From NCBI GenBank assembly GCA_010405405.1, contig MU004237.1, positions 1,871,345 through 1,935,344 on the forward strand: DNA of 64,000 nucleotides, given 5' to 3'. Below are positions 12,307 to 24,098 of the stretch, in pieces. A model generated the notes under the pieces. That model was not told where the DNA came from. It ran no database searches and saw nothing but the letters and a program-made list of their open reading frames with translations. The stretch is from Microthyrium microscopicum. Its lineage: Eukaryota. A program made the position numbers and the translations under genes. Numbering within the stretch: position 1 is the stretch's first letter; every line of letters starts with the position of its first letter.

Positions 12307-13313
12307 AGTTTTCGGATGCCAAGAGCTGGTTTGCCCCTTTCGTTGACATCGGCAATTCCATCAAAGTGTATAATAGTGGGTGAAGCTATGTCGAGGCGAA
12401 AACATCTATGTATCAACAATATATCGTCAGATGATGCTTCAAACACATGTTTTGGAACTGAGGCTGTACCTCTAATAAAAGACCTGAAACCCAAACATTC
12501 AATATATACAAAGTCTAAATATCAGAAGCTGTCTTGGCTGTTGATCATCCTATGTCGATCGCACTTCTAAGGGTCCATATTCATTCGGTCTTATAGTCAA
12601 GCTACTCAGATATCATCGGGGGTTAGCAGTGGTGTATAGTTTGATATGACAATTTTCCAGATACATAGATTGGGGACCAATTGGGTTGGTTTCCCCGCGT
12701 TCTTCTTCCCGGGTGTGTTACATGATTTTTTAAGCTTATTACATTAAGATATTATACTAAGACTGCCCTTGCGTGCGAGTTGGTACGTTCCTGTGGCATA
12801 TTTGGCGACCCAATTAACTGTAAACTGCGGTTAGAACCGTTGACCCAGTACAATTGTCCTTACTAAACCTTATTGAGTCTCTCGCTCTTTTACGCTTCAT
12901 AAATCCACTGGCAATGAACCCTACAATATTGCAGATCTAATGAATATCTACTGTAAGGATCCACAATGATCTACTTACCCTCCCGTGCATAAAACATCTG
13001 TACGAGCGTTCGATAACCAATAAAAGGAACCAGAAAGTTGTTTGAAACATGCTAAAGTACAGACCATCAGATCAGGCCAGTGAAAACACCAGGTAAAACC
13101 ATCTGAGCCCACAATAGACGAGACAAGTCAATATCATTCAAAGTACCTCTGCAAATGAACAGACCACTTGTCTCCTAGATCCAGATATAGCTAAAGCTTA
13201 CAGTGCGTCGGAATGATGCTTTGCCCTTGCACGTACCAAGAAATGGTGGCCAACAATGATATTCTGATAGTCATTAATAGCTTCAAATTGTGAAAGATGG
13301 TTATCTCGTACTG

Positions 13314-13323
13314 TGTATATAAG
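13314..13323 (+). promoter_or_regulatory. Putative TATA box of the KEP gene
   Basis: TATATAAG about 100 nt upstream of the ATG, followed by a C/A-rich leader typical of highly expressed fungal secreted-protein genes. Confidence 0.45.
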
Positions 13324-13418
13324 ACCTCCAAGTCCGACTGGAAAACCATCAGTCAATCAAACCAACAATCAAACATACTCTCCTCTACATACTCACAGAA
13401 CAATACACATTCATCATC

Positions 13419-14057
13419 ATGAAGTTCCAATACGCAACTATGGCTCTTGCCGCCCTCGCCATGGCCCTTCCTCAAGCTCCAGATGGACATGACGGACACA
13501 AGATGGCCGTCCAAAAGCGCCAACATGATGGCCACCCAATGCCAGCTCCACCAAATGCCGTCAATGACAAGCGACAAGCACCACCCGCTCCACCACCAAA
13601 GGGCCCACCAAAGGGCCCAAAAGGACCCGGCGGTCCAAAGCCACCTATGCCACCACCAACAATGACCAAGCGTCAAGATATGCCACACGACGGCCACAAG
13701 ATGCCAGTGCAAAAGCGTCACTCGCCAGATGATGGTATGCCAATGCCCGGCCCCAAGATCAACGAGAAGAGACAAGCTCCTCCACCAAAAGCTCCAATGC
13801 CACCTCATCTTGCGGAGAGACAAGCTCCTCCACCAAAGGCGCCTATGCCACCTCACCTTTCTGAGCGACAGGCACCACCACCAAAGGCTCCAATGCCACC
13901 TCATCTTTCTGAGCGACAGGCACCACCACCAAAGGCGCCAATGCCACCTCATCTTTCTGAGCGCCAGGCTCCTCCACCAAAGGCTCCAATGCCACCTCAT
14001 CTGTCTGAGCGACAGGCGCCACCACCAAAGGCTCCATCGCCACCACACATCAACTAG
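13419..14057 (+). CDS. Secreted Kex2-processed repeat protein (KEP), peptide precursor, 212 aa
   Basis: Signal peptide MKFQYATMALAALAMA; five KR sites, four followed by Q; then tandem QAPPPKAPMPPHL[A/S]ER units; no Cys and no enzyme domain. Confidence 0.85.
   Translation: MKFQYATMALAALAMALPQAPDGHDGHKMAVQKRQHDGHPMPAPPNAVNDKRQAPPAPPPKGPPKGPKGPGGPKPPMPPPTMTKRQDMPHDGHKMPVQKRHSPDDGMPMPGPKINEKRQAPPPKAPMPPHLAERQAPPPKAPMPPHLSERQAPPPKAPMPPHLSERQAPPPKAPMPPHLSERQAPPPKAPMPPHLSERQAPPPKAPSPPHIN
13773..14054 (+). repeat. 48-nt coding tandem repeat (five full copies plus one truncated)
   Basis: Units start at 13773, 13821, 13869, 13917, 13965 and 14013; mostly synonymous variation between copies. Confidence 0.95.
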
Positions 14058-14329
14058 GCTGCTCGTACGCCAAAGAAGTATCTCTGTGGAGGCTTCTAAG
14101 TCGTTATGGTACCGGATATTCGATTGCTAGAGAGTTTGACATGAGACAAAGCAGTAGATGGATAGATCCGGGATAAGTTGATACCGGGGTAGCGGGATTG
14201 TAGCATGTACATAGGACGGTTGAAAAGCTTTGGCTCATCTTGTAAATTTTATGGTTCATGACAGCATTTCATGAGAAACGAGCATTTTCCTATTAGATAA
14301 AGAATCAAAACTGGCAATCAGTTTTCAAC

Positions 14330-16330
14330 TCATCCTGTCTCTTCCATTTCATATCCTGCATCTGAGGCGTAATGAATCAATTCGCCTTCTGCATATCTGA
14401 CTAATATGGGCTCGTCTGTTTGCTGAGATGTGGGATCAAAAACTGGGGAGTCTGGTAGCCCAACTGATTGAACATTCATCTCGGCGGCCTTGTTAACGAG
14501 TCGGTATTGTTTGATGAGTTTAATTCGTTCGCGGGCCATTTCCATCATCTCGATTTCAGAGTCGGGATACAGATTTGACGATTCCTTGAAAAGAGTCAGG
14601 CACCGATCAGGTTGATCTTCCATGTGATGAACTGCAATTGCCAAAGCATACAGTCTTTTCGGTATGCTATGGCCATGAATTGAGAGGCGATCTGCCTGTC
14701 GCCAGATCTCGTGGCAATAATCGTAGGTAGCATCTACGCCGGCTTGGAACATAAGAATATAAATGCAAGGAAAGTCAAGTGTCCAGCCGAATGGCATAAG
14801 ATCGAGCGAGAATTTCCAAGCCGTATCTAGGCCGGCAAATTGGACTAGGCCGAGTACTATCTCGAGGAATGTGAGTGGAGATGGTACAGTTGCTTGCACA
14901 ACCTTGTTCGTGCCTAGCATGAAACAACGTCCTTGGCTCTTGTGTAGGTTGTTGATTGTCTTGAACCAAGGCTTGGCCAGCATAAGCCCACGATCTTGTC
15001 CTCTCATAAGTTTGATGTATTGCATAAACTGATCACCGTCCCCAGCTCGTCGGTAGTGCCGCAGGACTGACGAGCAAGTGATCTCGTTAGGTCGAAGGTT
15101 TGCGTCGAAAAGCATTGATACAAGAGGTTCAGTCAATTCTAGTCGCTTGTGGCGAAGGAACGCTGTGAAAATGCAGTTGACAGTGTGTATGGTTGGTGGC
15201 TCCTCTGATGCCAGTAATTCTGCACTGATGCGGGCGATTGTTGAGGGAGTGATGGCCCCTTTCTCATGGAATATTGATGATAGCTTCAGGAGTGATTTAG
15301 TTTCGAAACTGTGATTGGGGTTGAAGCGTGGAATTGGGACGTCGAATTGTAGATGTGCCAAAGGTTCATCTTCATCGTTCACGAACGAGTGTAGTCGGAA
15401 AAGTTCCAGCTCTAATTGTTGAAGTGCGAAGTCGGACTGTTGCCGCGAAAGTGATGCATAATGCTGGACTGACTGAGGTAGAGATTCAACGATCTCTCGT
15501 GGTTGATCGGTAAAACCAGCGATTTGAAATAGCTGGAGCACCAGTCTCGCTGTGCATATTTCGACAGTCCGCAGTTTTTTCCAAGTCCATCTTGCAGGTG
15601 GCCCGAGGTGCCGCGGTCTTGGACGGGCCCATGGTGACTGCGGTGGCAGGTTGTGTACGGCAACTCCTTCGCGGCCAGGAATATTTGGTGCACTTGGCAT
15701 CTCTGGTTTCCAGCGGTACAGAGAGAAAGAACCTAATCTGTTTCCTGATTGTGAATCTCTGTCGCGTTCGATCGCTTCAACTGCATCATGTGCATCTGCA
15801 AGCTCCGCTTCTAGACTATGTAGTGCATCAATTGCAGAGTGGCCAGATTGTATTTCCTTGCTATTTCGGGAGGCATGATCCTTTGAAACTTTGCTAAATT
15901 GTACCTCGAGCACTTCATTCTCAGAGGCTAATTGGATAATCTTGCTGTCCGTATTTTCCAACGATTTCAAGGCCTCCAGCGGAGAGTCCTTGGTGTTCCC
16001 CAGAGCCGGGTCCTCTACAGTTATGCCAAAACGTGCCTTGAGAAGTTCTTGAGCTCGTTGAGCTACAGCTTCCTCTGCGGCTTCCACCTCCTTCTTCTTT
16101 TGTGCAATTGCTTCTTCCCATTGTTTGCGCCTTTGGACTCTGCGTACGGTGTCAATTGCCGTGGCATATCCGAAAATCATGGTATAAACGTAGGTAGAAG
16201 TAGGAAACGCTTTCGATCGCATCGATTGGTACCCATTGCGGGCGGATTGAGGTGGGCCATGCTGTGCTCTACACGCCGAACAAGAACATCCGAACTGGCA
16301 AATCCGGGTCCAGAGGCCTCTCAGAGCCAT
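14330..16330 (-). CDS. Pentatricopeptide-repeat (PPR) protein, probably mitochondrial (666 aa)
   Basis: PPR-like helices PTIHTVNCIFTAF and LRPNEITCSSVLRHY; Arg-rich, acid-free N-terminus. Confidence 0.7.
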   Translation of the reverse strand: MALRGLWTRICQFGCSCSACRAQHGPPQSARNGYQSMRSKAFPTSTYVYTMIFGYATAIDTVRRVQRRKQWEEAIAQKKKEVEAAEEAVAQRAQELLKARFGITVEDPALGNTKDSPLEALKSLENTDSKIIQLASENEVLEVQFSKVSKDHASRNSKEIQSGHSAIDALHSLEAELADAHDAVEAIERDRDSQSGNRLGSFSLYRWKPEMPSAPNIPGREGVAVHNLPPQSPWARPRPRHLGPPARWTWKKLRTVEICTARLVLQLFQIAGFTDQPREIVESLPQSVQHYASLSRQQSDFALQQLELELFRLHSFVNDEDEPLAHLQFDVPIPRFNPNHSFETKSLLKLSSIFHEKGAITPSTIARISAELLASEEPPTIHTVNCIFTAFLRHKRLELTEPLVSMLFDANLRPNEITCSSVLRHYRRAGDGDQFMQYIKLMRGQDRGLMLAKPWFKTINNLHKSQGRCFMLGTNKVVQATVPSPLTFLEIVLGLVQFAGLDTAWKFSLDLMPFGWTLDFPCIYILMFQAGVDATYDYCHEIWRQADRLSIHGHSIPKRLYALAIAVHHMEDQPDRCLTLFKESSNLYPDSEIEMMEMARERIKLIKQYRLVNKAAEMNVQSVGLPDSPVFDPTSQQTDEPILVRYAEGELIHYASDAGYEMEETG

Positions 16331-16647
16331 ACGAGAGGAAATAGGCTCCTAGGTTGAAATCATGAATGCATTGCAAGGACGTTGAGCTTGGTGGCGAACA
16401 TAATTGAGGTGGTACGCTGGCGAAATGTGGAACGCATGAAAATCGACCATAAATTTGGACCAAGGAAGTTGAGCTCCAAATGCCAAGCATCACCAGATGC
16501 GCTTCCGCGATCGAGCTTTGATTGGATACTCGGCCCTACTTCCAACGCCACATTTGATTTCAACTTGCATGTTGCAACTTCATTCTCACCTACATCATTC
16601 TCCATTCCAGATCTCTACCAAAAGAATTCTCGGAGACCGCCGCCGCT

Positions 16648-17288
16648 ATGTTGGCATTGGCGTTAACAGCGGATCTCGAAGGGTCAGCATTTGGTCCAAC
16701 CTGAGCGCATTATAAATTCTGATAGAGACCCAGAGTTACAGATCTCCGACCTGACGACACAGCAGAGAACCCGTTTCTATACACATTCAAAGTCCAATGT
16801 ACCTCATGTCGCGAAATTCATCCCAACTGGGTCAGCGTCAGCCGACATGCACGTTCTACAAGCGTCATATCAAACAGCGCAAGTGATAACATCTCATAGG
16901 AAACCCATGAGCAAAGCGGAAGTAGAGGTGAAGCAAACTTCGTGTGGAAGTGTAAAAACTGCAAGGTAGGCTAAAAATAAAGTACTATGGTTCAGAGCGT
17001 TTTGGCTTATGACGAACAAAGCGTGAACACACAGCCAATATCAAGGAGGCACCAAAGGCATATGCGCAAGCCTCACCTGCAAAAGCATTCAACATCCTCG
17101 AGTTCGACTGTCGGGGTCTTGAGTTTGTGGAGTTCAAACCTGATGGCGATTGGCTTGCGACGGGCCTTGAGTCTGGTACCAAGTTCACGGATATAGACTT
17201 GACGGAAGGGGAATGGTTCGAATATGACGAAAAGGCTAGCGAGGAGGTCAGCATCAAAGATCTGAAGTGGGAGATACGTCGAGCATGA
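16648..17288 (+). CDS. DUF866 / CXXC-motif zinc-binding protein (C1orf123/CZIB-like), 4 exons
   Basis: Spliced translation MLALALTADLEGVTDLRP..YTFKVQCTSCREIH..SGSRGEANFVWKCKNCKREH..LEFDCRGLEFVEFKP..GEWFEYDEK. Introns at about 16683-16733, 16849-16899 (probably GC-AG) and 16966-17021. Not in the ORF track. Confidence 0.9.
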
Positions 17289-17503
17289 TTATTGAGGTAT
17301 GTTTTTGACAATAATCTTATGAAGATTGATGTTCCAACTGTTACACATTGTCAATCGTGACATTCCATGCATTATGAATCCAGACAACTTACAAGCCAGA
17401 TCGATATAAGCATTGATGAAAGGGAATATTTGACATTGCAATGAAGTACAAAGGCTGAGATGGGTTTCCCTGGAAGCGAACCAAAATATGACGGAAACAT
17501 GAA

Positions 17504-18689
17504 CTACGACTCCTCATTGACAACCCCATATTTCTGATGGACATTGGCAATGAAGTCCACACAAGCATTGAAAGCCCGATTTTTGCTTCCTCTCATCTTC
17601 TCATTGAACGAAGGCACTATATCCGTATCAGCATATGGAAGTTACCAGGCTTCTGAGATGCCACTTACACTCCGCCCAGCCATGAAATTGACCTTCAATT
17701 AGAATCGCCTTGAACTGACGATCTTTATGCTTTGGATTACCTGCTGCTTCTTCCTGCACTCGCTCCAAAAATGTCAGCTGCTCGTGAAGAAGGATATCAA
17801 CTGTGGGAATGATAAGCAACAAGTTTTCGGGGAGCTTGTCTATCGGTGCTAGAATCGGATTCAATCGAGGATTGTCCATATTCTGAAATCTCACTGGCCC
17901 AGGATACGAATCAAACAATGGCATGAAAACAGCGCTGGGATCCTTGGGTGGGAAACCGGGTGGTTTAGGTTTGTCATCGGGCTTAAGCCGAAGATCAATC
18001 TTGCTATTTGTTAACAGATTTCCAGACTGTGGAGGGTGTACCAACCGAAGCATAGAACGTGACAGCGCCCTTTATGGACGTTGGGCTAGGTGAGTGGAAG
18101 TGTGGCTGCAAAGTTGTTGCTAATGCCAGATTTCCTCCTGCCGAAAGACCGCTCAGCGTTATTAGTTCTGGATTTGCTCCATACTTGGTGGCTGCATTGT
18201 CTTTGAGATAGTTCATGATTGCGTCTACGTCGTCGATCGCTGCTGGAAAAGGGTACTTAGGTGCATATCGATAGCTGATTGAGATCACTACAGCGCCAGT
18301 TTTGGTACATATCTGCTCGCAAAGCTCGGCATTGTACTCTGGCAGGCCACCCACTGGGTCAAATTAGATGATTGGCAGCATCAACTGAAGACAAGGTATA
18401 TACAGAATGCGCCTCCATGAATGCTCACATGGAGCGGTTTCAATTCTGTTGATTCGGTTTTCGATTGAAAAACAATGATTCGAAAAGATTTTCCTCCTTC
18501 GACTAGAATCCATTCGGCCTTGAAAGGGCTATTCAGGAGGTAGGGAACCGTCTTCAAGGCATATGTAAGAACAGTCACTGGTTGAAGCAGTAGGAGGCGC
18601 CATCGGTACTTGAATGGAAGCGGAGCAAAAACGGCATCGATGGAAAATCTCAACCAGCTATTGATACCTCTGAGCAGCGAGAGAGCCAT
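17504..18689 (-). CDS. Alpha/beta hydrolase (abhydrolase_3 / HSL-like esterase), 4 exons
   Basis: HGGAF(L)GG oxyanion motif across an intron, YRYAPKYPFPAAIDD, nucleophile GLSAGG, DIL and FHGW catalytic motifs; last exon ends ..QKYGVVNEES*. Confidence 0.88.
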
Positions 18690-19405
18690 TTCGACGGTCT
18701 AATTGATCTTGCACTGAAGGTGACTAGGAGTGACTCAAGTAAGGTTACCTGCTTCATCAAAGAATACGAGGGCGACGATAGCCTTGGCGTATCAATGGAT
18801 CTTGGCTTTTGGGCTTTCAACATATCGTCCATTGCGCGTACACTTCCATCACATACCACCTTTACGATCTCCGAAATAGTCAGAATATCAAAGCTCCAAA
18901 CGTTGAACTAAATAGTCGAGAAGCTAGGTACGCGTAGAATTTCTTACGCTCCGCGCTAGTTGTTTTAAAAGACCACTAAATAGCCTCCCGCATTCAGACC
19001 GTAGCCGCTACAGAACTAATGAAGCGCTAGCATTTAAGGCTAATTTAGGTACTTATCTTTTTTCCATCGTACTTGCTTCGACCGCCTTACTGTTCTGCTT
19101 CAGTGAGGACTATACCATAAGTACCAGTAATAACATGCGCTCCGCATGTATGCTTCTCCAGATCCTCGAGCATATCGAGTCCCTTACCGCAGTCCTCTAA
19201 GCTTTCTCAATCCTGCTTACGGTCCTAGTCCTGAGCCCCTGTCCCTCTTGCGCGAGGTTGATTGGTTGGCCAAATCAAGCACCCATTGAATACGACGTGA
19301 GGAAGTTTGATCCGAACTCCATATAATGTGCTTTCACATTCATTATTTAAAGAGTAGCTCACCCGGACTTGAAGATCAACAGCTTGTTCCATTAAATCAT
19401 CCACT

Positions 19406-20506
19406 ATGCCTAAGTTGAGTGCCATCCAAGCCGGCATTGCCAAACTCCCCGATGATCAACCTATTGTAGCTGCCATCGCTGGCGGTACCACTGGCATTGG
19501 CTCTTACATTGCAAAAGAGCTTGCGAAGGTCTTCGCACTGAAAGGTCCCAAGCTACGCGTTTACATCATTGGACGAAATGCGGAACGCGCAGAATCAGTT
19601 CTAAGCGAAGGCAAAGAGATTAGTCCTGGCTCGGACTGGCGATTTGTAGAAGCAAGCGACCTAGCACTCATCAGTGAAGTCGATCGCGCCTCAAAGGAGA
19701 TAATTCGGCAAGAGAACGAGGCGCCACTCTCTGGAGGACTAGCGAGGCTCGATATGCTGTATATGACCCACAGCTACTCTCTATTCGCTCCCAGATTGAG
19801 TATGCCATCTGATATGATATGTTTTTAGATTTTGCTAACTTTGGCGATAGAAACGAAAGAGGGACTCGACGCTTTCATGTCAACACTTTACTATTCCAGG
19901 ATCCGCTTTATAACGCAGCTCATGCCACTATTAACGTCATCTCCAAGTCAAAGTCATGTCATCTCCGTGTATGCCGGCAGTTTCGAAGAAGTCAAGGATG
20001 CCGAAGCTTCCATTGGCTGTCCATCAGATGACGACTACGGAATTGGTACTGTCCGCAGAAATACGACCTACATGAAGAACTTTATCTTCGAGGAGCTCGC
20101 AAACAAGCACGCTGGCAAGGTTAGCTTTGTCCACATCTACCCAGGACTCGTCGATGGTCCTGGCTTCTACCATCCAGACCATCCACTCTGGTGGAAGATT
20201 GTTTGGCGGCTTGTGTATCCTATCGCCTGGCTGGCGTATATAACTTCGCCTGAGGTATGTGGGCAGGTCATGGTGAACTTGGCTACAGAGCGATATCCTG
20301 CCAAGGGCAATCAAGGGGGTAGTTCTGATGTGGAGATGGCTACAAATGGCGAGCTTGGGGGAGGATGCTATGGTGTTGGCCAAAGAGGTGATTCTGGAAA
20401 CAAGAAAGGAAAGAGTTTTGTGAAATTTCGGCCAGAAGGTATTACTAAGAAAGCTTGGGATCATACTATGGATACTCTGGACTCGATCGAAAGGGAAAAC
20501 AGATGA
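19406..20506 (+). CDS. Short-chain dehydrogenase/reductase (atypical fungal SDR), 2 exons
   Basis: Rossmann motif AGGTTGIG, YIIGRN, VSFVHIYPGLVD; intron 19800-19850 (GTATGC..GCTAAC..TAG) joins the two ORFs. Confidence 0.88.
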
Positions 20507-20661
20507 AGCGGTACATGAAGAGGTTGTACAAAATGGCAGGATAGCTCGATCATATAGATCACAATAGCATTCTTTGGTGAGCTTATTTTATTCTTTGTCA
20601 TAACCATCAAGGAAGATAATCCTCACCGGCAGACCTTCAAGTGTCTGCCATCTACTGATAC

Positions 20662-21312
20662 TCAACTCTTGAACCCATATCCAGCTTCATCTTTATCATT
20701 GGTACCACGAACAACCTCCAAGTTCCACATTGTCGATTCAGTAAATGGTTTGTTCGTTGTCGAATCGATAGGATTGCCCACTATCTTTCGCGCCACCACA
20801 TCATCCTTTCCAGTCAGCACATCCAGCTTTACCGGTCCTGGTGCACCCATCAACCCCGTCTTCTTAGGGGCAGAGTCCTGAAGAAACCAAATAGACTCTG
20901 AACTCGTGTTCGCAAAGTCAATATACCACGCCTGACTAGCCTTTCCCTTGACCACTGGCGCCATTTTCAGCGTTCCGGTAGCCGTATCGACTCGCTCTAA
21001 GCATTGTTTCTCGCCAGTGATGGCACTGTGCATGGTGCGCATGTTGTCTGGAGCGTTGCCGTTTGCGTCAGCAGGCAGGTAGCGGAAGTACCAAAATACG
21101 CTCATGTCGGCGCTGGAAGAGGTAGCTGGCGCTCGGTCCTTCATGATGGGTTTTGGGGTGGAGGCGGGACCTGTTAGGGCGAGGTATTGTTTGGGGTTCT
21201 TGGGATTGGCGTTGAGGGTTGACTTGTCGGGGATTGTTCCTGCGCGGTTGGCGGAGGTTATGCGGTAGATTTCGCCGGTCATGGTTTGGGTGTCTGCGTC
21301 CATGGTTGACAT
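20662..21312 (-). CDS. Hypothetical cytoplasmic protein, possible beta-trefoil (ricin-B-like) fold
   Basis: Intronless 216-aa ORF, no signal peptide, three pseudo-repeats each ending in a Trp-containing strand. Confidence 0.6.
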   Translation of the reverse strand: MSTMDADTQTMTGEIYRITSANRAGTIPDKSTLNANPKNPKQYLALTGPASTPKPIMKDRAPATSSSADMSVFWYFRYLPADANGNAPDNMRTMHSAITGEKQCLERVDTATGTLKMAPVVKGKASQAWYIDFANTSSESIWFLQDSAPKKTGLMGAPGPVKLDVLTGKDDVVARKIVGNPIDSTTNKPFTESTMWNLEVVRGTNDKDEAGYGFKS

Positions 21313-22739
21313 GGCGGATTGTGGTAATAAGACGAGGAGGTGGTGCGGATAGGTGGTTTTGACGTGTAAATTCTATAGTGTTTGGAGGTTGGACTCTTTC
21401 TGGGGGACTTGAGATGGGCTATGAGGGTAAAGTAGCGCATATTTATACACATAAGGTAGGCGCACCACATCATAAGGAGTCTTTCGATGACCGCGCGCCA
21501 TTGGCTCCCAATATGCACACAATCCGCACACAAGCCTTAACGCTTCAGCCTTGTAGTTGCGCTGAAGGGCTGAATGCATGCCAAGAAAGGCGAGAGCATT
21601 ATACAAGATAGGGAAGCTGTGAATCGTATAAGTAGTGATGGTCTAGATCGATTACTAAGAAGTGAACATGAAGCACGATGCTTTTTGCATGAGTCCAGAT
21701 CGTGGTGGAACTCCTTTTGGGATTTCGGACTGCATCTTCGACATGAAGCTGGTCTTGAAGCTGAACTTGAGCTCATATGTGAGCTACGCTTTTGTGAAAC
21801 TTCAGACTGGGCAAGCTTTAGTCGCCGGTTCGTATATCGTCCAAGGTGTTGTCAAGCTTTCAGCTATGTGCAGGTTGCTCAACTTGCATGCTCTGGTGGT
21901 CGACTTGTAACATGCCTCGTTCAGCCAATGAGATAGACATGGCAGAAATATGGTTCTAGGTTGAGTTGATTCTGGTCATCCACCAGTGCCTGAAGCTCAT
22001 GCTCGATGAAGTAGACTCCGAGAGTTGCTGCTTGCTTATTGTCATATAGCTTTGCTTAGAAGTAATAGATTGCATCCAGCGCAGTCGCATTGAAGTTGAT
22101 CATCGCCCATTTTGCGGTACGCCAAGGTTTGTAATATGCACACTGATATTCAGCCTTACCGAGTGACTGCCATTGAGCCAATGATCGTGGCAACAAGACA
22201 AAGCGGGACAGGAGTCCAGAACAGTGAAGTGTGCTAGTCCCCTTTCGACGGGGTGCTTCCAACCCAGCGGGTTCTTGTTAGCGAGGGCTTGTTAGACCAG
22301 GAAGCGGGAAGAGAGAAAACAGATAAGAGTGTTTGAAGGTAAAGCTTATTTACACTCGATGATTTTAGCGATCTCGCGATGCTTGGCTTCACATGCACCA
22401 AAGAACCAACAATGGCTCGAGGTTCCGATCACGTAGGTCGGCTGCTCGAAACGATACCGTGTTGAATTCAGCATGGGGAGATGTTGCGTTCCGCATAACT
22501 TCAAATGATCTGTTCCCGGTCCAGTTGTGCAAAGAGCAAAGCGTTGTCGTCGACGATAGAGGTTGGATGGGGCATGATTAAGATAAGATCCGATCTAGAC
22601 TCGGGTAGCTTGGATCCACTTCTTGCCGATCACGTGCTTCGGCACAAGGCATCTGCCGACGACATATGCTTTTTATAGCTCTACAATTTCCAGCAACCAT
22701 ATCATTTTCAACGAACAAAGTAATTACCACTTCCCCACC

Positions 22740-23494
22740 ATGGATTATCAAGTAAGGCTTCCAACCCCTTTGCGCGTGCAGAAAGCTAACGTCCCTAGAA
22801 TCGCGCAGGTTCCAAATTTGGCGGCGGAGGTGTCGCCTCTACATCAGCTACAAATGCCGACCGACGAGAACGACTACGAAAGCTCGCGCTCGAAACCATT
22901 GACCTAGACAAAGACCCCTACTTCTTCAAGAATCATGTCGGCTCGTTCGAATGTCGTCTTTGCTTAACGGTCCACCAAAACGATGGATCTTACCTCGCAC
23001 ATACTCAAGGACGGAAGCATCAAACGAATTTGGCGAGACGAGCAGCGCGCGAGGCCAAGGAAGGACGTGATCGCGAAGGTGTCATGCCGGGAATGCAACA
23101 AGTTCAAGTTCGCAAGAACGTCATCAAAATTGGGCGACCAGGATACAACATTACGAAAATACGCGATCCCTTTACACGACAACAAGGATTACTATTTCAG
23201 CTCCAGTATCCTGAAATTACACCGGGAACTACACCGCGATTACGATTCATGAGTGCTTTCGAGCAGAAGGTTGAAGAGCCGGACAAAAGCTTCCAATACC
23301 TTCTCGTAGCTGCCGAGCCATATGATATATGTGGCTTCAAGTTACAGGCACGAGAGGTGGACAAGAAGGACGGTCGATTTTGGAGTTGGTTCGACGAGGA
23401 TCAGAAGGAGTTCTGGATTCAGATATTGTTCAAGACGGAGCGTGATGAGCGGTACAGCAACGTGCCGGGTCTAGCACCCTCTGGGCGTCGTTAA
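22740..23494 (+). CDS. SF3A2: Splicing factor 3A subunit 2 (SF3a66/Sap62/Prp11)
   Basis: MDYQ|NRAGSKFGGGG..DRRERLRKLALETIDLDKDPY..ECRLCLTVHQNDGSYLAHTQGRKH (U1-type zinc finger), KIGRPGY, RFMSAFEQ; intron 22752-22798. Confidence 0.96.
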
Positions 23495-24098
23495 GCTGCT
23501 TGACCTATACTGCTCTGCTCTCTATGAGCAGATCGCGATTTGTCCAAACAAGGAATTGGAGAGAAACATTCCTGCTTCTCTTCTCATCGTCCTGATGGCT
23601 TGAGCCATCTACTTACTGGTGGAACTGCAAGCTCAAAAGGCGGAAGAGGAAATGTTTGTGTCCGCCTGAAATCATAAAGTCAAATCACTAACACAGCCTC
23701 TAGAATACCATTTGAAAATAGAACGTCATATGCATTCTGTCCAATAAATCTGACCACCTGACATACCACAATATAGTGACATTATTCATCTCAAATATGG
23801 CCGACTCTCTTTGTCCTTGTGCGGCTAAAGGATCTTCACCTGAGTTGTACTTGCCGCCCATCACTGCTGATATTGTACCTAGAATCAAAGAACGTTATGC
23901 AGAAGTCGCCATAATAGAGCACCTCGATTTCATTCTTTAGTCTTATCGCTCTAATTTCACTTCTCTCAAATATTTCCCTCGAGCACCATGTACTCTTAGT
24001 ACTTTGGTACTTAGTCCATAGTTCTCTCAACATTACCGCTCTCGCAACTCCCAAAACCACATCCCCAAACATACAGCTGTCAAAACACCAATTCAAAG

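Noticed and set aside
13353..14048. 231-aa Trp-rich repeat ORF on the minus strand
   Set aside because: Antisense shadow of the CCA-rich KEP repeats.
11845..20506. KEP with MAPEG, hydrolase and SDR as a RiPP biosynthetic cluster
   Set aside because: Interrupted by housekeeping PPR and DUF866 genes; no DUF3328, tyrosinase or dedicated peptidase.
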